A stretch of 64,000 nt of DNA from Candidatus Latescibacterota bacterium (GTDB lineage Bacteria > Latescibacterota > CBDEFO01). Shown here piece by piece: positions 48,542-59,470 of this stretch. The translations under genes and the position numbers were made by a program. Under the pieces are notes generated by a model. It did no database searches and was not told the origin of the DNA. It worked only from the letters and a program-made list of their open reading frames with translations. Location of the stretch: positions 1,696,001-1,760,000 of the forward strand of contig OZ252149.1 in the NCBI GenBank assembly GCA_965248755.1, read 5' to 3'. Position 1 is the stretch's first letter; every line of letters starts with the position of its first letter.

Positions 48542-49749
48542 ATAGTAGACGGCAAACAGCATTCATCATACCACCGTACCTCTCCCATCCCTGTCTCCCC
48601 CGATTGACCCTATCGGGGGCTACTGTCTACTGTCTACTTATCGTGATAGCCTGTTCCAGCCCCATTGTAATACGAGCCGTTGGACATTCTCCCCACGAGT
48701 GGGGACAGCGAAGAGGCAACGCCTGGGGTTCGGGACACGTTCCATGGGGGACGGACCCACCGCTGGGTCTCTTATGGAGACATAGACTCAACGGAGCCAT
48801 CACAGCATCCCCTCTGTTTGTAGGACACAAAGTACTGACGGCTACTTTGACAGGTAGGATATACCTACGAGATGGAAGAACCGGGACGTCAATAAGGACC
48901 TACAAAGTAGATGGAGCCATCCACGGAACTCCGGCTCTATTTGACAGCCTGCTATTTATCCCTCTTTCAGGAGGGGAAGCGTCCTTAATAGCCCTGAATC
49001 TGACCGATGGAAAGGCACGCTGGAGCGCAAATTTCGGAGATATATCCGCGTCACTTTGTCTTTTGGAGGGCCTACTGCTTGTGGGATCAGAGGGCGGGGA
49101 AGTAGTAGCGCTCAGAGCCCAAACAGGTGAGGTGCTATGGAGGTTCAAAGCAGAGGATCAAATTCACTCTTCGCCCTGTTCGAAAGATAGTTTAGTCTAT
49201 TTTGGATCGGACGACGATCATCTGTACGCTGTCTCCTCAAAGACGGGAGAGTTGAAGTGGAAGTACAAGGCAGATTCCAGCATCTATGCGTCTCCGACTG
49301 CGGATTCCAGTGGGATATACTTTGGAACCGCGATGGGAACTTTCTACAAGATGGATCCACATTCCGGGGAGGTAGTCTGGACCTTCAAGTCAGAGGCAGG
49401 AATATACGCGGGATCAGCATGCGATCTTACAACCGTATATTTCGGTTCCAATGACCGTAACCTCTACGCCCTGGACAAGCTCTCGGGCAGACCGATCTGG
49501 AGATTTACAACAAAAGGCGTCCTGAAGTCCGCCCCCATCCTTACAGACGATACAGTCTATTTCGGATCAGCAGACAGACACTTCTATGCCCTGGACCGCG
49601 CATCAGGAGAGTTGAAGTGGAAATACGAGACCAAAGGCCCTATAGACTCTCCTCCCGCCTTCGGAGATAACTTTATCTATGTAGCTTCAGCAGGATCAGA
49701 GAGCGGCTATATATACGCCTTCGGGAAACAAGTAGACAGTAGTCAGTAG
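48538..49749 (+). CDS. PQQ-like (BamB-type) beta-propeller repeat protein; start uncertain
   Basis: Repeated vyfGs.D..lyAld..tGe.kW. A TTG at 48538 overlapping the upstream stop is preferred over 48202. Confidence 0.8.
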   Translation: MNSRRQTAFIIPPYLSHPCLPRLTLSGATVYCLLIVIACSSPIVIRAVGHSPHEWGQRRGNAWGSGHVPWGTDPPLGLLWRHRLNGAITASPLFVGHKVLTATLTGRIYLRDGRTGTSIRTYKVDGAIHGTPALFDSLLFIPLSGGEASLIALNLTDGKARWSANFGDISASLCLLEGLLLVGSEGGEVVALRAQTGEVLWRFKAEDQIHSSPCSKDSLVYFGSDDDHLYAVSSKTGELKWKYKADSSIYASPTADSSGIYFGTAMGTFYKMDPHSGEVVWTFKSEAGIYAGSACDLTTVYFGSNDRNLYALDKLSGRPIWRFTTKGVLKSAPILTDDTVYFGSADRHFYALDRASGELKWKYETKGPIDSPPAFGDNFIYVASAGSESGYIYAFGKQVDSSQ

Positions 49750-49784
49750 ATAGGGCACCTCCTCCCATCCCTCCAGAAAAGCAG

Positions 49785-50357
49785 ATGACAATGCCCAAAA
49801 ACCCACTATTTTTCATATTTATTCTTTTCATTATATCTTTTTGTCCGTCAATTGCACAGTCTCAAAGGGGCCCTCAAAAATTATGGGTGGATCAGAGATC
49901 CCTGTCTCACGTGCAGAGTGAACAGGCAAGGATGTCTGTGCTTCCAATGTTGGGGAAAGAGAAGATAATATTAGATCTAAGAAGGCAAGAATTCTTGCGC
50001 GCTATTGGCTTTGTACAAAGTCTTACAGAGCGCGATTCCACAGCAGAGCAGGCACAGCACAAAAGCAGGATATTCCTTACCAAGAAGGACTACGCAGGTT
50101 CCGTGTCTCCGAGGAAAAACGACAAGAACAGATGGCCCACTTACGCCTTCTTAGGTGTATCGGTGGCGTCAGGAATAGCGGCATCAATAGTTAAGAAATC
50201 CGCTGATGACACCTTCGATAAATATCTACACTCTGCGAATCCCAGAAGAATTGAGGACAACGTTAAGAGTGCAGAAAGAAGAGACAAAGGAGCAGGCTTT
50301 CTGTGGGGAGTATCAGGAATAAGCTTTACGGCCGCCTGTTATTTTGTACTATTCTGA
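49785..50357 (+). CDS. Hypothetical exported/membrane protein
   Basis: Signal-like N-terminus and two C-terminal hydrophobic segments. Confidence 0.7.
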   Translation: MTMPKNPLFFIFILFIISFCPSIAQSQRGPQKLWVDQRSLSHVQSEQARMSVLPMLGKEKIILDLRRQEFLRAIGFVQSLTERDSTAEQAQHKSRIFLTKKDYAGSVSPRKNDKNRWPTYAFLGVSVASGIAASIVKKSADDTFDKYLHSANPRRIEDNVKSAERRDKGAGFLWGVSGISFTAACYFVLF

Positions 50358-50451
50358 TTACAGAAAGAAAATATCAAACAATCACGGATCAGAGGCTTGA
50401 GGCTACGGACTTGGACTTCGCCACATTCGCCTATTATGTAAAGTTCACCTC

Positions 50452-50480
50452 TTGACAATCGATGACCTATCTATTATTAT
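50452..50480 (+). promoter_or_regulatory. Sigma-70 promoter for the AOR pair
   Basis: TTGACA-17-TATTAT. Confidence 0.7.
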
Positions 50481-50538
50481 TTAACATAAGGTAACTGATC
50501 GAAGCAAAGATAGACTCGAAATTTCAGGGAGAAAAGAT

Positions 50539-52371
50539 ATGATAAGTCCAGACGGCGACGGTAAGAAATATATAAGGGATTTCAAATTCAGAAGGGCCAC
50601 ATTACAATTGGACAGCGGGAAAATCGATGTCGAAGATAAAGATTGCGAGGATATAGAGGATTTCTTAGGCGGAATTGCGAGGTCTTTCAAATTCCTTGAG
50701 GACTTCGACGTGACGGAAGCTTACGATCCTGGAAACCCTCTTGTGGTTAATACAGGGGTCTTAAGCGGCACAGATGTGATGACGGGTCTGAGGGCATATT
50801 TCACCGCGTACAGTCCGTTGAAGGTCTCCAACAGCGGCATGCCTGCTGCGATGTGGTCCGCGGCGAGCGGGAAGTTCGGGACCGAGATGAGGTGGGCAGG
50901 CGCCGACGAACTGATCTTCTTTGGAAGGTCAGACGAGCCCGTCTACTTAGTAGTCAAGGGCGACATAAAAGAATCAAAACTCTCGCTTGAGCCCGCACAG
51001 GAGCTGGTAGGGAAGACGACCCACGAAAAGATTATGTGTCTAAGAGACAAATATCCCGACGCACACTTTGCAGCCATAGGCCCTGCCGGAGAGAACTATA
51101 ACACAAACAGATTCGCTGCGGTGGCGATTTCAACGGAGAATCAGATAAAGTCGGGCGACCCGAAGCCTCGATTCGCAGGACGCGGCGGCATGGGAGGCCT
51201 AATGGGGTCGAAAAACCTCCTTGCCATAGTCTGCGACGGGACCGAGCCCCGGCATAAGAAGTTGACCAAGACTCTTGTGGACGTCAACAGAGAGATAGCC
51301 AGGGGCGACGGCTCGAAGAAGTTCAGGGAAAAGGACAAAGGAGGAGGGATGGGAGGCACCTGGTCGAACTACCTTCCCCTTTACGATGCAGGGGCGCTGC
51401 CCGAATACAATTTCAGACCCAGGGGGACCGACGAGGCGGTGCATCTGTTCAGGGAGAACGTGGAGGAGGAATATCACATCAAGGACGAGTCGTGCTACAG
51501 GTGCGGGATAGCCTGCCACAAGAACATATATGTCAAGGAGAACGGAAAAGGCGGGGATTTTTTGGCCAAGTCTGACTACGAACCGCTGAACCTATTGAGC
51601 TCCAACCTCGGAATCACCGACAGGGCGCAGGCGTGGGAGATAATTGCCCTTGTGGACGAAATGGGCTTCGACTCTATAAGCGCAGGTGTGACACTTGGCT
51701 ACATAATGGACTACAACAGCCGCAAGGATGGAGAGTCTAAGATCGCAGACGGCCTGGAGTTCGGAGATTTCGAAGGAGCACAAAGTCTCCTGAAGAAGAT
51801 GGCCTACGGAGAGGACCCTCTCTTCGGACACGGGGTAAAGAGAGTCTCGGAAAAGCTGGGAGAGACATCCTTTGCCATGCAGTGCAAGGGAGTGGAACTT
51901 CCGGCATATCTCGCCGAGACGAATCCCGGCTATCCCTTCGCGCTCGCCGGAGGGCACATGTCCATGAAGACTTTCCTCTTACTCATATTCGAGGGAAAAA
52001 CATCTCTCGACTACTGGGAGGAGGCGATAGTAGAAAGAGGCCTCTACCAGATCAGGGACGACTTAATCGGCCTTTGCAAGTTCGCCGGATTAGACGACGA
52101 TTACACCCTGCAAGCCCTAAACGAGGAGATGAACGTCTCCATAAGTGAAGCAGAACTCAAAAGGAGCGTGCTCAAGACATTTATGAGGGGTTATGCTCTG
52201 GAGAGAAAGCAGGGCTTCAGAGCGGACGACTACGTCCTGCCCGACCAGACCTACGAGGGCAATCAGAACATTAAACTTCCCCACTTTATAACACGGGAGT
52301 TCTACTCACAGTTGAGAGATAGGGTCTTAAACAGATTCGACAGTTTAGTGGAAGAGCTAGGAATAGCATAG
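50539..52371 (+). CDS. Aldehyde:ferredoxin oxidoreductase (W/Mo) family protein, divergent
   Basis: IGPAGEN, AGRGGMGGLMGSKNL, CYRCGIAC and DEMGFDSIS. Confidence 0.9.
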   Translation: MISPDGDGKKYIRDFKFRRATLQLDSGKIDVEDKDCEDIEDFLGGIARSFKFLEDFDVTEAYDPGNPLVVNTGVLSGTDVMTGLRAYFTAYSPLKVSNSGMPAAMWSAASGKFGTEMRWAGADELIFFGRSDEPVYLVVKGDIKESKLSLEPAQELVGKTTHEKIMCLRDKYPDAHFAAIGPAGENYNTNRFAAVAISTENQIKSGDPKPRFAGRGGMGGLMGSKNLLAIVCDGTEPRHKKLTKTLVDVNREIARGDGSKKFREKDKGGGMGGTWSNYLPLYDAGALPEYNFRPRGTDEAVHLFRENVEEEYHIKDESCYRCGIACHKNIYVKENGKGGDFLAKSDYEPLNLLSSNLGITDRAQAWEIIALVDEMGFDSISAGVTLGYIMDYNSRKDGESKIADGLEFGDFEGAQSLLKKMAYGEDPLFGHGVKRVSEKLGETSFAMQCKGVELPAYLAETNPGYPFALAGGHMSMKTFLLLIFEGKTSLDYWEEAIVERGLYQIRDDLIGLCKFAGLDDDYTLQALNEEMNVSISEAELKRSVLKTFMRGYALERKQGFRADDYVLPDQTYEGNQNIKLPHFITREFYSQLRDRVLNRFDSLVEELGIA

Positions 52372-52386
52372 ATAAGGAGCATAGAT

Positions 52387-54261
52387 ATGCCGGCCTATCA
52401 CCGTAAGATTCTGCATGCGAACCTGTCCTCTGGCACTACGTGGATCGAAGAGCCCAAAGAGGAGATATATCGGCGCTACTTGGGCGGAAGCGCCATGTGC
52501 GGATACTTCCTTTTGAGGGACTTGAAGCCGGGCGTCGATCCGCTGGGTCCGGACAACATTTTAGTGTTCTGCACGAGCATTATAAACGGGACAAGCATAT
52601 CAGGGGCTAACAGATTCAGCGCGGCCGCCAAGTCCCCATTGACGGGAGGATACGGCGAAGCTGAGGCCGGCGGCTGGTGGGGACCCGAGCTTAAAGCCGC
52701 AGGGTTCGACGGCATAATCGTAGAAGGCAAGTCCGATACACCCGTCTATATATGGGTGCACGACGGCCAAGTGGAGATAAGGGACGCGAACAAATACTGG
52801 GGAAAGATCTCGGGAGAAGTCCAGGACGCCCTCGAAGAAGAACTTGAGGACAAAAGAATCAGGGTCCTTCAGACCGGAATAGCGGGGGAGAATCTGGTCC
52901 GCTTTGCCGCTATTGTGAATCAGCTCAAGCACTTCAACGGGAGATCAGGACTGGGTGCTGTGATGGGATCAAAGAAGCTGAAAGCTATCGTGGTGCGGGG
53001 CAAGGACAGGATGGAGGCTGTGGATAAGGATCAGGCAAAGGGAGTGTTCACCTGGTTCAAGGAGAACTACGACAGAGACGGCGACATGTTACATGTGCTG
53101 GGTACAGCCAGAGGTGTGCGGGTGCTCGATGCGGAAGGCATTTTGCCGACTCGCAATTTCCATGACGGTTCCTTCGAACTAGCAGCTGAGATAAGCGGAC
53201 AGAAGATGAAAGAGACCATACTCACCAAGACTGGAACCTGCTACGCCTGCGCTGTCGCCTGTAAGAGGGAGGTAGATGTCCCCGAACTCGGCGTGACATC
53301 CAAGTATGGGGGCCCCGAATACGAGACCATATCTGCTACCGGTTCTCTGTGCGGCGTGGGTGATCTGAAGTCCATAGCCCTGGGCAACCAGATGCTTGCT
53401 CAGTACGTCCTCGACTCCATTTCAACTGGAGCGACGATAGCCTTCGCCATGGAATGCTACGAAAAAGGGCTGATCGGCATGGAGGATACAGGTGGGGTTG
53501 AGCTCACGTTCGGCAATAAGGACGCAGTGATAAAGATGATCGAGATGATCGCAAAAAGACAGAAGATAGGCGATACTTTGGCAGAGGGCGTGGCGCGAGC
53601 CGCCGAGATAATCGGAAAGGGAGCATCCGAATTTGCGCTTCACGTCAAGGGTCAGGAACTCCCCATGCACGAGCCGAGAGGTAAAAGGAGTCTGGCGCTT
53701 GCCTATTCGACCTCTCCGACAGGTGCCGACCACATGGAGGCTCCACACGATCCGTTCTACGAATCCTTCGATCCCTCCGGTATTAATCCTATGTCTCCTC
53801 TGGGTTTGATAGAGCCTGTGGATCGCATGGACCTGGGACCCAAGAAGGTCAAAGCGTTCTACTACACTCAGCAGGTGTGGAGCCTGTACAATTCAGTGGG
53901 CATGTGCGATTTTGTCGGCGCTCCGATAAATTCTTTGGAACTGGATCAGTTGAAGAAATACATAGATGCAGTGACAGGATGGAACACGAGCCTCTGGGAA
54001 CTTTTAAAGGTGGGTGAGCGCGCAGGGACATTAGCTCGCATCTTCAACTACTGCGAGGGTTTCACAGCAGAGGACGACACCCTTCCCGATCGGCTTTTCG
54101 AGCCTCTTGAGAACGGAACGTTGAAAGGAGAAAAGATAGACAGAGAGGAGTTTGAAAAGGCAAAGAGGACGTACTATCAGATGGCGGGATGGGATTCCGA
54201 TACAGGCTTCCCGGTGCCGGCGAAGTTAGCCGAATTGGATCTGGAGTGGGCTGTATCGTAG
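52387..54261 (+). CDS. Aldehyde:ferredoxin oxidoreductase family protein
   Basis: KSPLTGG, GRSGLGAVMGSKKLKA, CYACAVAC, GPEYET and DDTLPDR. Confidence 0.93.
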   Translation: MPAYHRKILHANLSSGTTWIEEPKEEIYRRYLGGSAMCGYFLLRDLKPGVDPLGPDNILVFCTSIINGTSISGANRFSAAAKSPLTGGYGEAEAGGWWGPELKAAGFDGIIVEGKSDTPVYIWVHDGQVEIRDANKYWGKISGEVQDALEEELEDKRIRVLQTGIAGENLVRFAAIVNQLKHFNGRSGLGAVMGSKKLKAIVVRGKDRMEAVDKDQAKGVFTWFKENYDRDGDMLHVLGTARGVRVLDAEGILPTRNFHDGSFELAAEISGQKMKETILTKTGTCYACAVACKREVDVPELGVTSKYGGPEYETISATGSLCGVGDLKSIALGNQMLAQYVLDSISTGATIAFAMECYEKGLIGMEDTGGVELTFGNKDAVIKMIEMIAKRQKIGDTLAEGVARAAEIIGKGASEFALHVKGQELPMHEPRGKRSLALAYSTSPTGADHMEAPHDPFYESFDPSGINPMSPLGLIEPVDRMDLGPKKVKAFYYTQQVWSLYNSVGMCDFVGAPINSLELDQLKKYIDAVTGWNTSLWELLKVGERAGTLARIFNYCEGFTAEDDTLPDRLFEPLENGTLKGEKIDREEFEKAKRTYYQMAGWDSDTGFPVPAKLAELDLEWAVS

Positions 54262-54467
54262 AGGAACTGTCAGAGATAGATAATACTCAGAGTGCTGATG
54301 TGGAAGCTCCAACTAATGGTGAGATTCCCCCAAAATACACAAGGGAGCAATAGGAGTCAATGACAGAGACTCAAAGGACGCTACGAATGTACAAGTGGAA
54401 GAATGAAGGTCAGCAAAAGGTTGTATAAATCAGCATAGACGCCTCAACATCGATCCTTGAATACTCA

Positions 54468-54496
54468 GCCCGTCAGCAATGGCGGGCTTTCTTTTT
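54468..54496 (+). terminator. Intrinsic terminator
   Basis: AGCCCGTCA-GCAA-TGGCGGGCT followed by TTCTTTT. Confidence 0.75.
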
Positions 54497-54654
54497 ATCC
54501 ATTCTCGCACAGGATCGCTTTATCAGCCTCCTCAAAAGATAGATTGGTGAATTTATATCTTGAAACTTTCATCCCCCCCAAGTGGTCGGCTCGGTCAAAG
54601 TAGTCCCTCCGTTATATTCCCAGCAGTAATCAAGTCTCTGCTGGTAGATGTCCA

Positions 54655-54837
54655 CTACTGGAAATCAGTAAAGACCAGTATATTCTCCTCATTTCTCTCC
54701 TCCGTACTCTTTGACCAGTTGAAGGATCCAGTTATCAAGACCTTCCTGCCAATGATACAAATCTTATTGTGCATAAGCCCAGCGTGCTGGTCTAATATCA
54801 CGCTTAAACCTTTCTCTATCAGATACTCATCTTCAGA
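54655..54837 (-). pseudogene. C-terminal fragment of a PLD-family (Nuc-like) nuclease
   Basis: Hand translation GLMHNKICIIGRKVLITGSFNWSKSTEERNEENIL: degenerate HKD plus GSxN. Confidence 0.7.
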
Positions 54838-55762
54838 ACAATTCCTTCTCTATCAATTTTAGGTATCTGTTGCCGTAAATCATATCCGGTTCATGTTTGG
54901 TTGGTCGTACTCTGATTTCAAATTGAGGGTTCTCTACATTACTATTGTCGAATAGGACTAATCCTATACCGAAAATCAGACATAGAGAGTCCAGTCTTGA
55001 GATGTCATCCTGAGATGAGTTCTTGGGGATTACTATATGACATTTATGACTGAACAACCTATATGAGCAAGTCTGCCCAAACGCTGTAATCAAATCTCTA
55101 GCATCCGCTTTTATCTCCGCTGAAATAACTTCAGTGGGGACCGTGATAATATCACTTTTGCGTGGCTCTCGTATTCCTATAACATCAGGAGTTCCCCATT
55201 TGCCCTTGAATTTGTTACCTCCCAAAGCTATTGCCTTAGTACATTCCTCCAATTCGTCAACAAGCCAACCTGCAAAAGGCTTGTAAAAATCTTCTTCTTT
55301 TATTCTTTCAGAATTTCCCTTACCATTCTCAACTTCTAACACCAGTATATCTCCCTGATATACAAATTGTTCAAGTAATATCCGGGCATTGTCAATAGCT
55401 TTTGTTCTACTTGTGTTGGCTTCGATATATAACCCATTAGATAGTTTCCTAGGACTTGTGAAACCTCTATGAGCGTGTTCAGGACCTGTATTTATTAAAT
55501 ATCTCTTTCCTCTTCCAACACGGATTGGACAGTCGCTTTCCTTAAGTTTCCTCTCCTTAATGAGCCATTCTGCAGTGCTCACAAGAATCTCATATGCATA
55601 TTTGATTTCATAATTGTCGTTGCCAATTTTTATCTTTTCCAAGTGAATGCCCTTCCTTTCATCTGCCTCAGGTAGCGCCTGATTATCTCTTAGCTGATTT
55701 TAACAAGCACGGCAGATCTTTGCTGTATCCTCATTCTCTTGCCCGCATTTCGGACAGTACAT
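54833..55762 (-). pseudogene. Zinc-ribbon plus putative PD-(D/E)xK nuclease-like protein; 5' end damaged, intact ORF 54833-55642
   Basis: ATG 55762 gives MYCPKCG/(frameshift)[13 protein letters not shown], in frame with the 269-aa ORF, which has TPDVIG...SAEIK...GQTCSY. Confidence 0.6.
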
Positions 55763-56031
55763 ATTTACCTCACGCATTAGCAGACTGGATGGAATATACA
55801 ACTAATTAAGACAGCATCTGTCACAGTCTCAACAACGCTACGTTATTTACCTGCTAAGTATTTCTACAGGGAATCTGATGGATTAGGTACTTACGTAAAT
55901 TGTAGGGTAATCAGAGGGAAGATACAAAAGAAAAGGGTGGATGTCAATTACTTTGTGGGATAATTATTACTGGTGACTATATAGTGTCCATAGCCAGTCG
56001 AAGGCTAAATTAAGCCATATAACACTATAAT

Positions 56032-57172
56032 CGTCTATTACACTCGCGGCAATTTCTTTTCGCGAGTATCCGAATTCCGCGTGTCTGGCGATACTAATGT
56101 CGCTGATGTAGAAAGCGAACGCGTCCTGTGGGAGGTGTCACAGCCGGCGACGAATCACAACGGAGGTCAGCTCGCCTTCGGGCCGGATGGAATGCTCTAT
56201 GTCGGTCTTGGAGACGGAGGAGGAGGAGGGGACACATTCCGGAACGGTCAGGATCCCACTACCTGGTTGGCGGCGATTCTGCGCATCGACGTTGATGCTC
56301 GCACGGCAGGCCTCGAGTACGGTATCCCGCCTGACAATCCGTTTGTCGGCAACAGTCAAGATTGGCGTGAAGAGATCTGGGCATACGGCCTGCGCAACCC
56401 CTGGCGCTTCAGCTTCGACAGGAAAGGCGGTCAGCTGTGGACGGGAGACGTCGGGCAGAATAGGTGGGAAGAGATCGATCTCATCGAAAAGGGAGCCAAC
56501 TACGGCTGGAATAGGATGGAGGGATTTCACTGCTTCTCTCCTCAAACCAACTGCGACACCGTCGGCCTTGCCCTGCCTTTGTTCGAGTACGATCACAGCG
56601 TGGGAGCCTCCCTCACCGGCGGCTACGTCTACCGCGCCGCCCGTCTCGGCGGGCTATATGGTGTGTACATCTACGGCGATTTCATAACCAAGAAAATCTG
56701 GGGTCTGCGCTACGAAGAGGGTGAGGTGCGCTCCAACAACCTGATCGCCACCTGTCCGTCGAACATCACTAGCTTCGGCGAAGACGAGAGCGGGGAGGTT
56801 TACATCGTGGGATTCGATGGGCCGATCTACCTCTTGGAACTCCTGCCGGGTGAGATGCCGACCGCCGTTCTATCGGTAGAGAGCGAGCTGCCCCAGGCCG
56901 ACGCGCTATACCAGAACTACCCCAATCCGTTCAATCCCTCGACCACGATTTCATTCACGGTGGCAGCGCGCGGTTCGGTCGAACTCAGCGTCTTCGACCT
57001 TCTCGGCCGTCGGGTACGGATACTCACCGAAGGACCAAGATCAGCAGGGCAACACACAGTCGTCTGGGATGGCACCGACGAGAATGAACGAACGGTCGGG
57101 TCCGGCATTTACGTCTACCGGATTCGCATCGCTGACTTCGTGCAGACGCGCAAAATGGTGCTGGTCAAGTAG
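56032..57172 (+). pseudogene. 5'-truncated PQQ-dependent sugar dehydrogenase (sGDH/GSDH family) with FlgD-Ig C-terminal domain
   Basis: Begins mid-protein at VYYTRGNFFSRVSEF; has NHNGGQLAFGPDG, YGLRNPWR and NYPNPFNP. No signal peptide or first blades. Confidence 0.85.
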
Positions 57173-57183
57173 GGGGGACCATC

Positions 57184-59163
57184 ATGACTAAGGCATGGAA
57201 TTTTCTGTCGTATATGATCTCGACTCTTTGCATGGTGGGTATGATTGTCTCTGCAGTGAAGGCCGACGAGATTGGAGAATGGAGGTCGTACGGTTCGGAC
57301 AAAGCCAGTTCCAAATACATCCCGCTCGATCAAATCAAGGTGGACAGTGCGGTGAATCTCCGCATTGCGTGGCGTTGGAGCTCCGTTGACAATGAAATCC
57401 TCCGAGCCAACCCTGAACTATGGACTATGGTAAACGAAGCGACCCCGCTTATGATCGATGGGGTCATTTACACGAGCACCTCGCTAGGTCTGGTAGCCGC
57501 CATTGACGCTGTTACAGGGCGGACGATCTGGGTTTATGATCCGCAAACCTACGTGGACGGATCCCCAGCCAACGTGGGTTTCGTGCATCGCGGGGTCTCC
57601 TACTGGGAGGATGGTGATGATCAGCGAATCATCTACGGCACGGGTGATGCGTATTTGATCGCCCTCAACGCAAAGACGGGGAAGCCAATACCAGAATTTG
57701 GTGAGGATGGCAGAATCGATCTGACCCAGGGTTTGCGCCGGCCGGTCGAAAGGGCGCTCTACGCTGTCACTTCACCGCCTGCTATCTGTCGCGATGTGGT
57801 CGTCGTCGGTTCTACCGTGCTGGATGCCTTTGCAGTCGGGAAAATGCCGCAAAAGGTGATGCCGCCGGGCGATGTGAGAGGATTTGATGCGCGCACCGGC
57901 CAGAAGCGCTGGCTATTCCAGTCTATCCCCCAAGAGGGAGAGTTTGGAAACGAAACGTGGGAGAATGGATCCTGGAAAACTACGGGCAATACGAATGTAT
58001 GGACGATGATGAGCTCTGACGAGGAGTTGGGTTACGTATATCTGCCCTTCAGTACTCCTACCAATGACTTTTATGGCGGGAATCGTCATGGAGATAACCT
58101 CTTTGCCGAAAGCCTGGTATGCCTGAATGCGGAAACCGGCGAGAGGGTCTGGCACTTCCAGATACTACATCACGGAATCTGGGATTACGATCTTCCGGCT
58201 GCCCCGAATCTAATCGACATCACAGTTGATGGCGAAAGAATCAAGGCGGTTGCCCAGGTGACCAAACAGGGGTTCTGTTACGTGTTCGACCGCGTTACAG
58301 GAGAACCCGTCTGGCCCATTGAGGAGCGCCCGGTGCCGCAATCGGACGTACCCGGGGAGCAAACATCGCCCACCCAACCCTTTCCAACCAGGCCGTTGCC
58401 CTTCGAACGGCAGGGGTTGACCCACGACGACCTGATCGACTTCACTCCTGAATTACGTCAGCGGGCTATCAATATCATTGAAAGGTACGAGTATGGGCCT
58501 CTCTTTACGCCTCCCTCGGAAAAGGGTACGATAGCCCTGCCCGGCATAATAGGCGGGTCCAGCTGGGCCGGAGCAGCCGTCGATCCCGAAAGGGGTATTA
58601 TCTATATTCCATCCTATACATATCCGGCAATTGTGACCCTGAGCAAATCAGAAGACTCGGCCTCTGACTATTCCTATACTGGAACTGTAGAATTCGGACC
58701 GGAAGGCCCGCAGGGACTTCCCCTAATTAAACCCCCGTACGGGCGTATTACAGCCATAGATTTGAATACGGGTGAGCATCTTTGGGTACGTCCGGTCGGC
58801 GATGGGCCAAAAGATCATCCCGCACTGCAACACCTGAACCTCCCGCCGCTTGGAAGGGCGTATCGCAGTTTTCCTCTTCTGACGAAATCGCTGCTCTTCG
58901 CCGCCCTGCAGGCAGAATGGAGCGTACGAGGCAATTCACCTCGAGGGAACGCGATTGAAGTTGAATTCGAAAACAGAGAGGCTTTCCTGTGGGCGTTTGA
59001 CCCTGAAGACGGAACCCCGATCGCCAAAACGGCGCTTCCTGGGAATGCGTCAGGGGCTCCGATCACCTATATGGCGGATGGCAGGCAGTTCATCGTCATT
59101 CCGCTAGGAGGAGCCTCTCAGCCAGCAGAACTTATCGCGCTGAGCTTGCCGTTCCCCGATTGA
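57184..59163 (+). CDS. PQQ-dependent glucose/quinate-type dehydrogenase, secreted
   Basis: EATPL, HRGVSYW, GDVRGFDARTG, HHGIWDYD and KPPYGRI. Confidence 0.92.
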   Translation: MTKAWNFLSYMISTLCMVGMIVSAVKADEIGEWRSYGSDKASSKYIPLDQIKVDSAVNLRIAWRWSSVDNEILRANPELWTMVNEATPLMIDGVIYTSTSLGLVAAIDAVTGRTIWVYDPQTYVDGSPANVGFVHRGVSYWEDGDDQRIIYGTGDAYLIALNAKTGKPIPEFGEDGRIDLTQGLRRPVERALYAVTSPPAICRDVVVVGSTVLDAFAVGKMPQKVMPPGDVRGFDARTGQKRWLFQSIPQEGEFGNETWENGSWKTTGNTNVWTMMSSDEELGYVYLPFSTPTNDFYGGNRHGDNLFAESLVCLNAETGERVWHFQILHHGIWDYDLPAAPNLIDITVDGERIKAVAQVTKQGFCYVFDRVTGEPVWPIEERPVPQSDVPGEQTSPTQPFPTRPLPFERQGLTHDDLIDFTPELRQRAINIIERYEYGPLFTPPSEKGTIALPGIIGGSSWAGAAVDPERGIIYIPSYTYPAIVTLSKSEDSASDYSYTGTVEFGPEGPQGLPLIKPPYGRITAIDLNTGEHLWVRPVGDGPKDHPALQHLNLPPLGRAYRSFPLLTKSLLFAALQAEWSVRGNSPRGNAIEVEFENREAFLWAFDPEDGTPIAKTALPGNASGAPITYMADGRQFIVIPLGGASQPAELIALSLPFPD

Positions 59164-59379
59164 ATCTATCGGGGGTCAACCTGACAATCAGCTTCGCGCT
59201 TGCCGTTGATCTTTCTCGTTGCCATTAGTCTGAGTCAGAACAGACACCAGGCAAGAGGGAATCCAGATGTCAGGACAGTTAAGGAAGGAGACGGAGGCGC
59301 CTCTCACCCTCTGTATGCAGGATAGTATTATTGAACTCTCTGATCTTGTCCAGACCATTTTGACCCTATACTTGTAATA

Positions 59380-59470
59380 CCAAGTCGCTCTGGTGACGGG
59401 CGGAAGCTGAGGAATTGGCCGAGCATCTACACTTGCATTAGCCACGGAAAGATCGAAAGCCATATCTGGA
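59380..59470 (+). pseudogene. Tiny SDR N-terminal remnant
   Basis: QVALVTGGS*GIGRAST. Confidence 0.5.

Noticed and set aside
59408..59410. TGA in GGS*GIG as selenocysteine
   Set aside because: The position is normally Arg (CGA to TGA) and the fragment is a short remnant.
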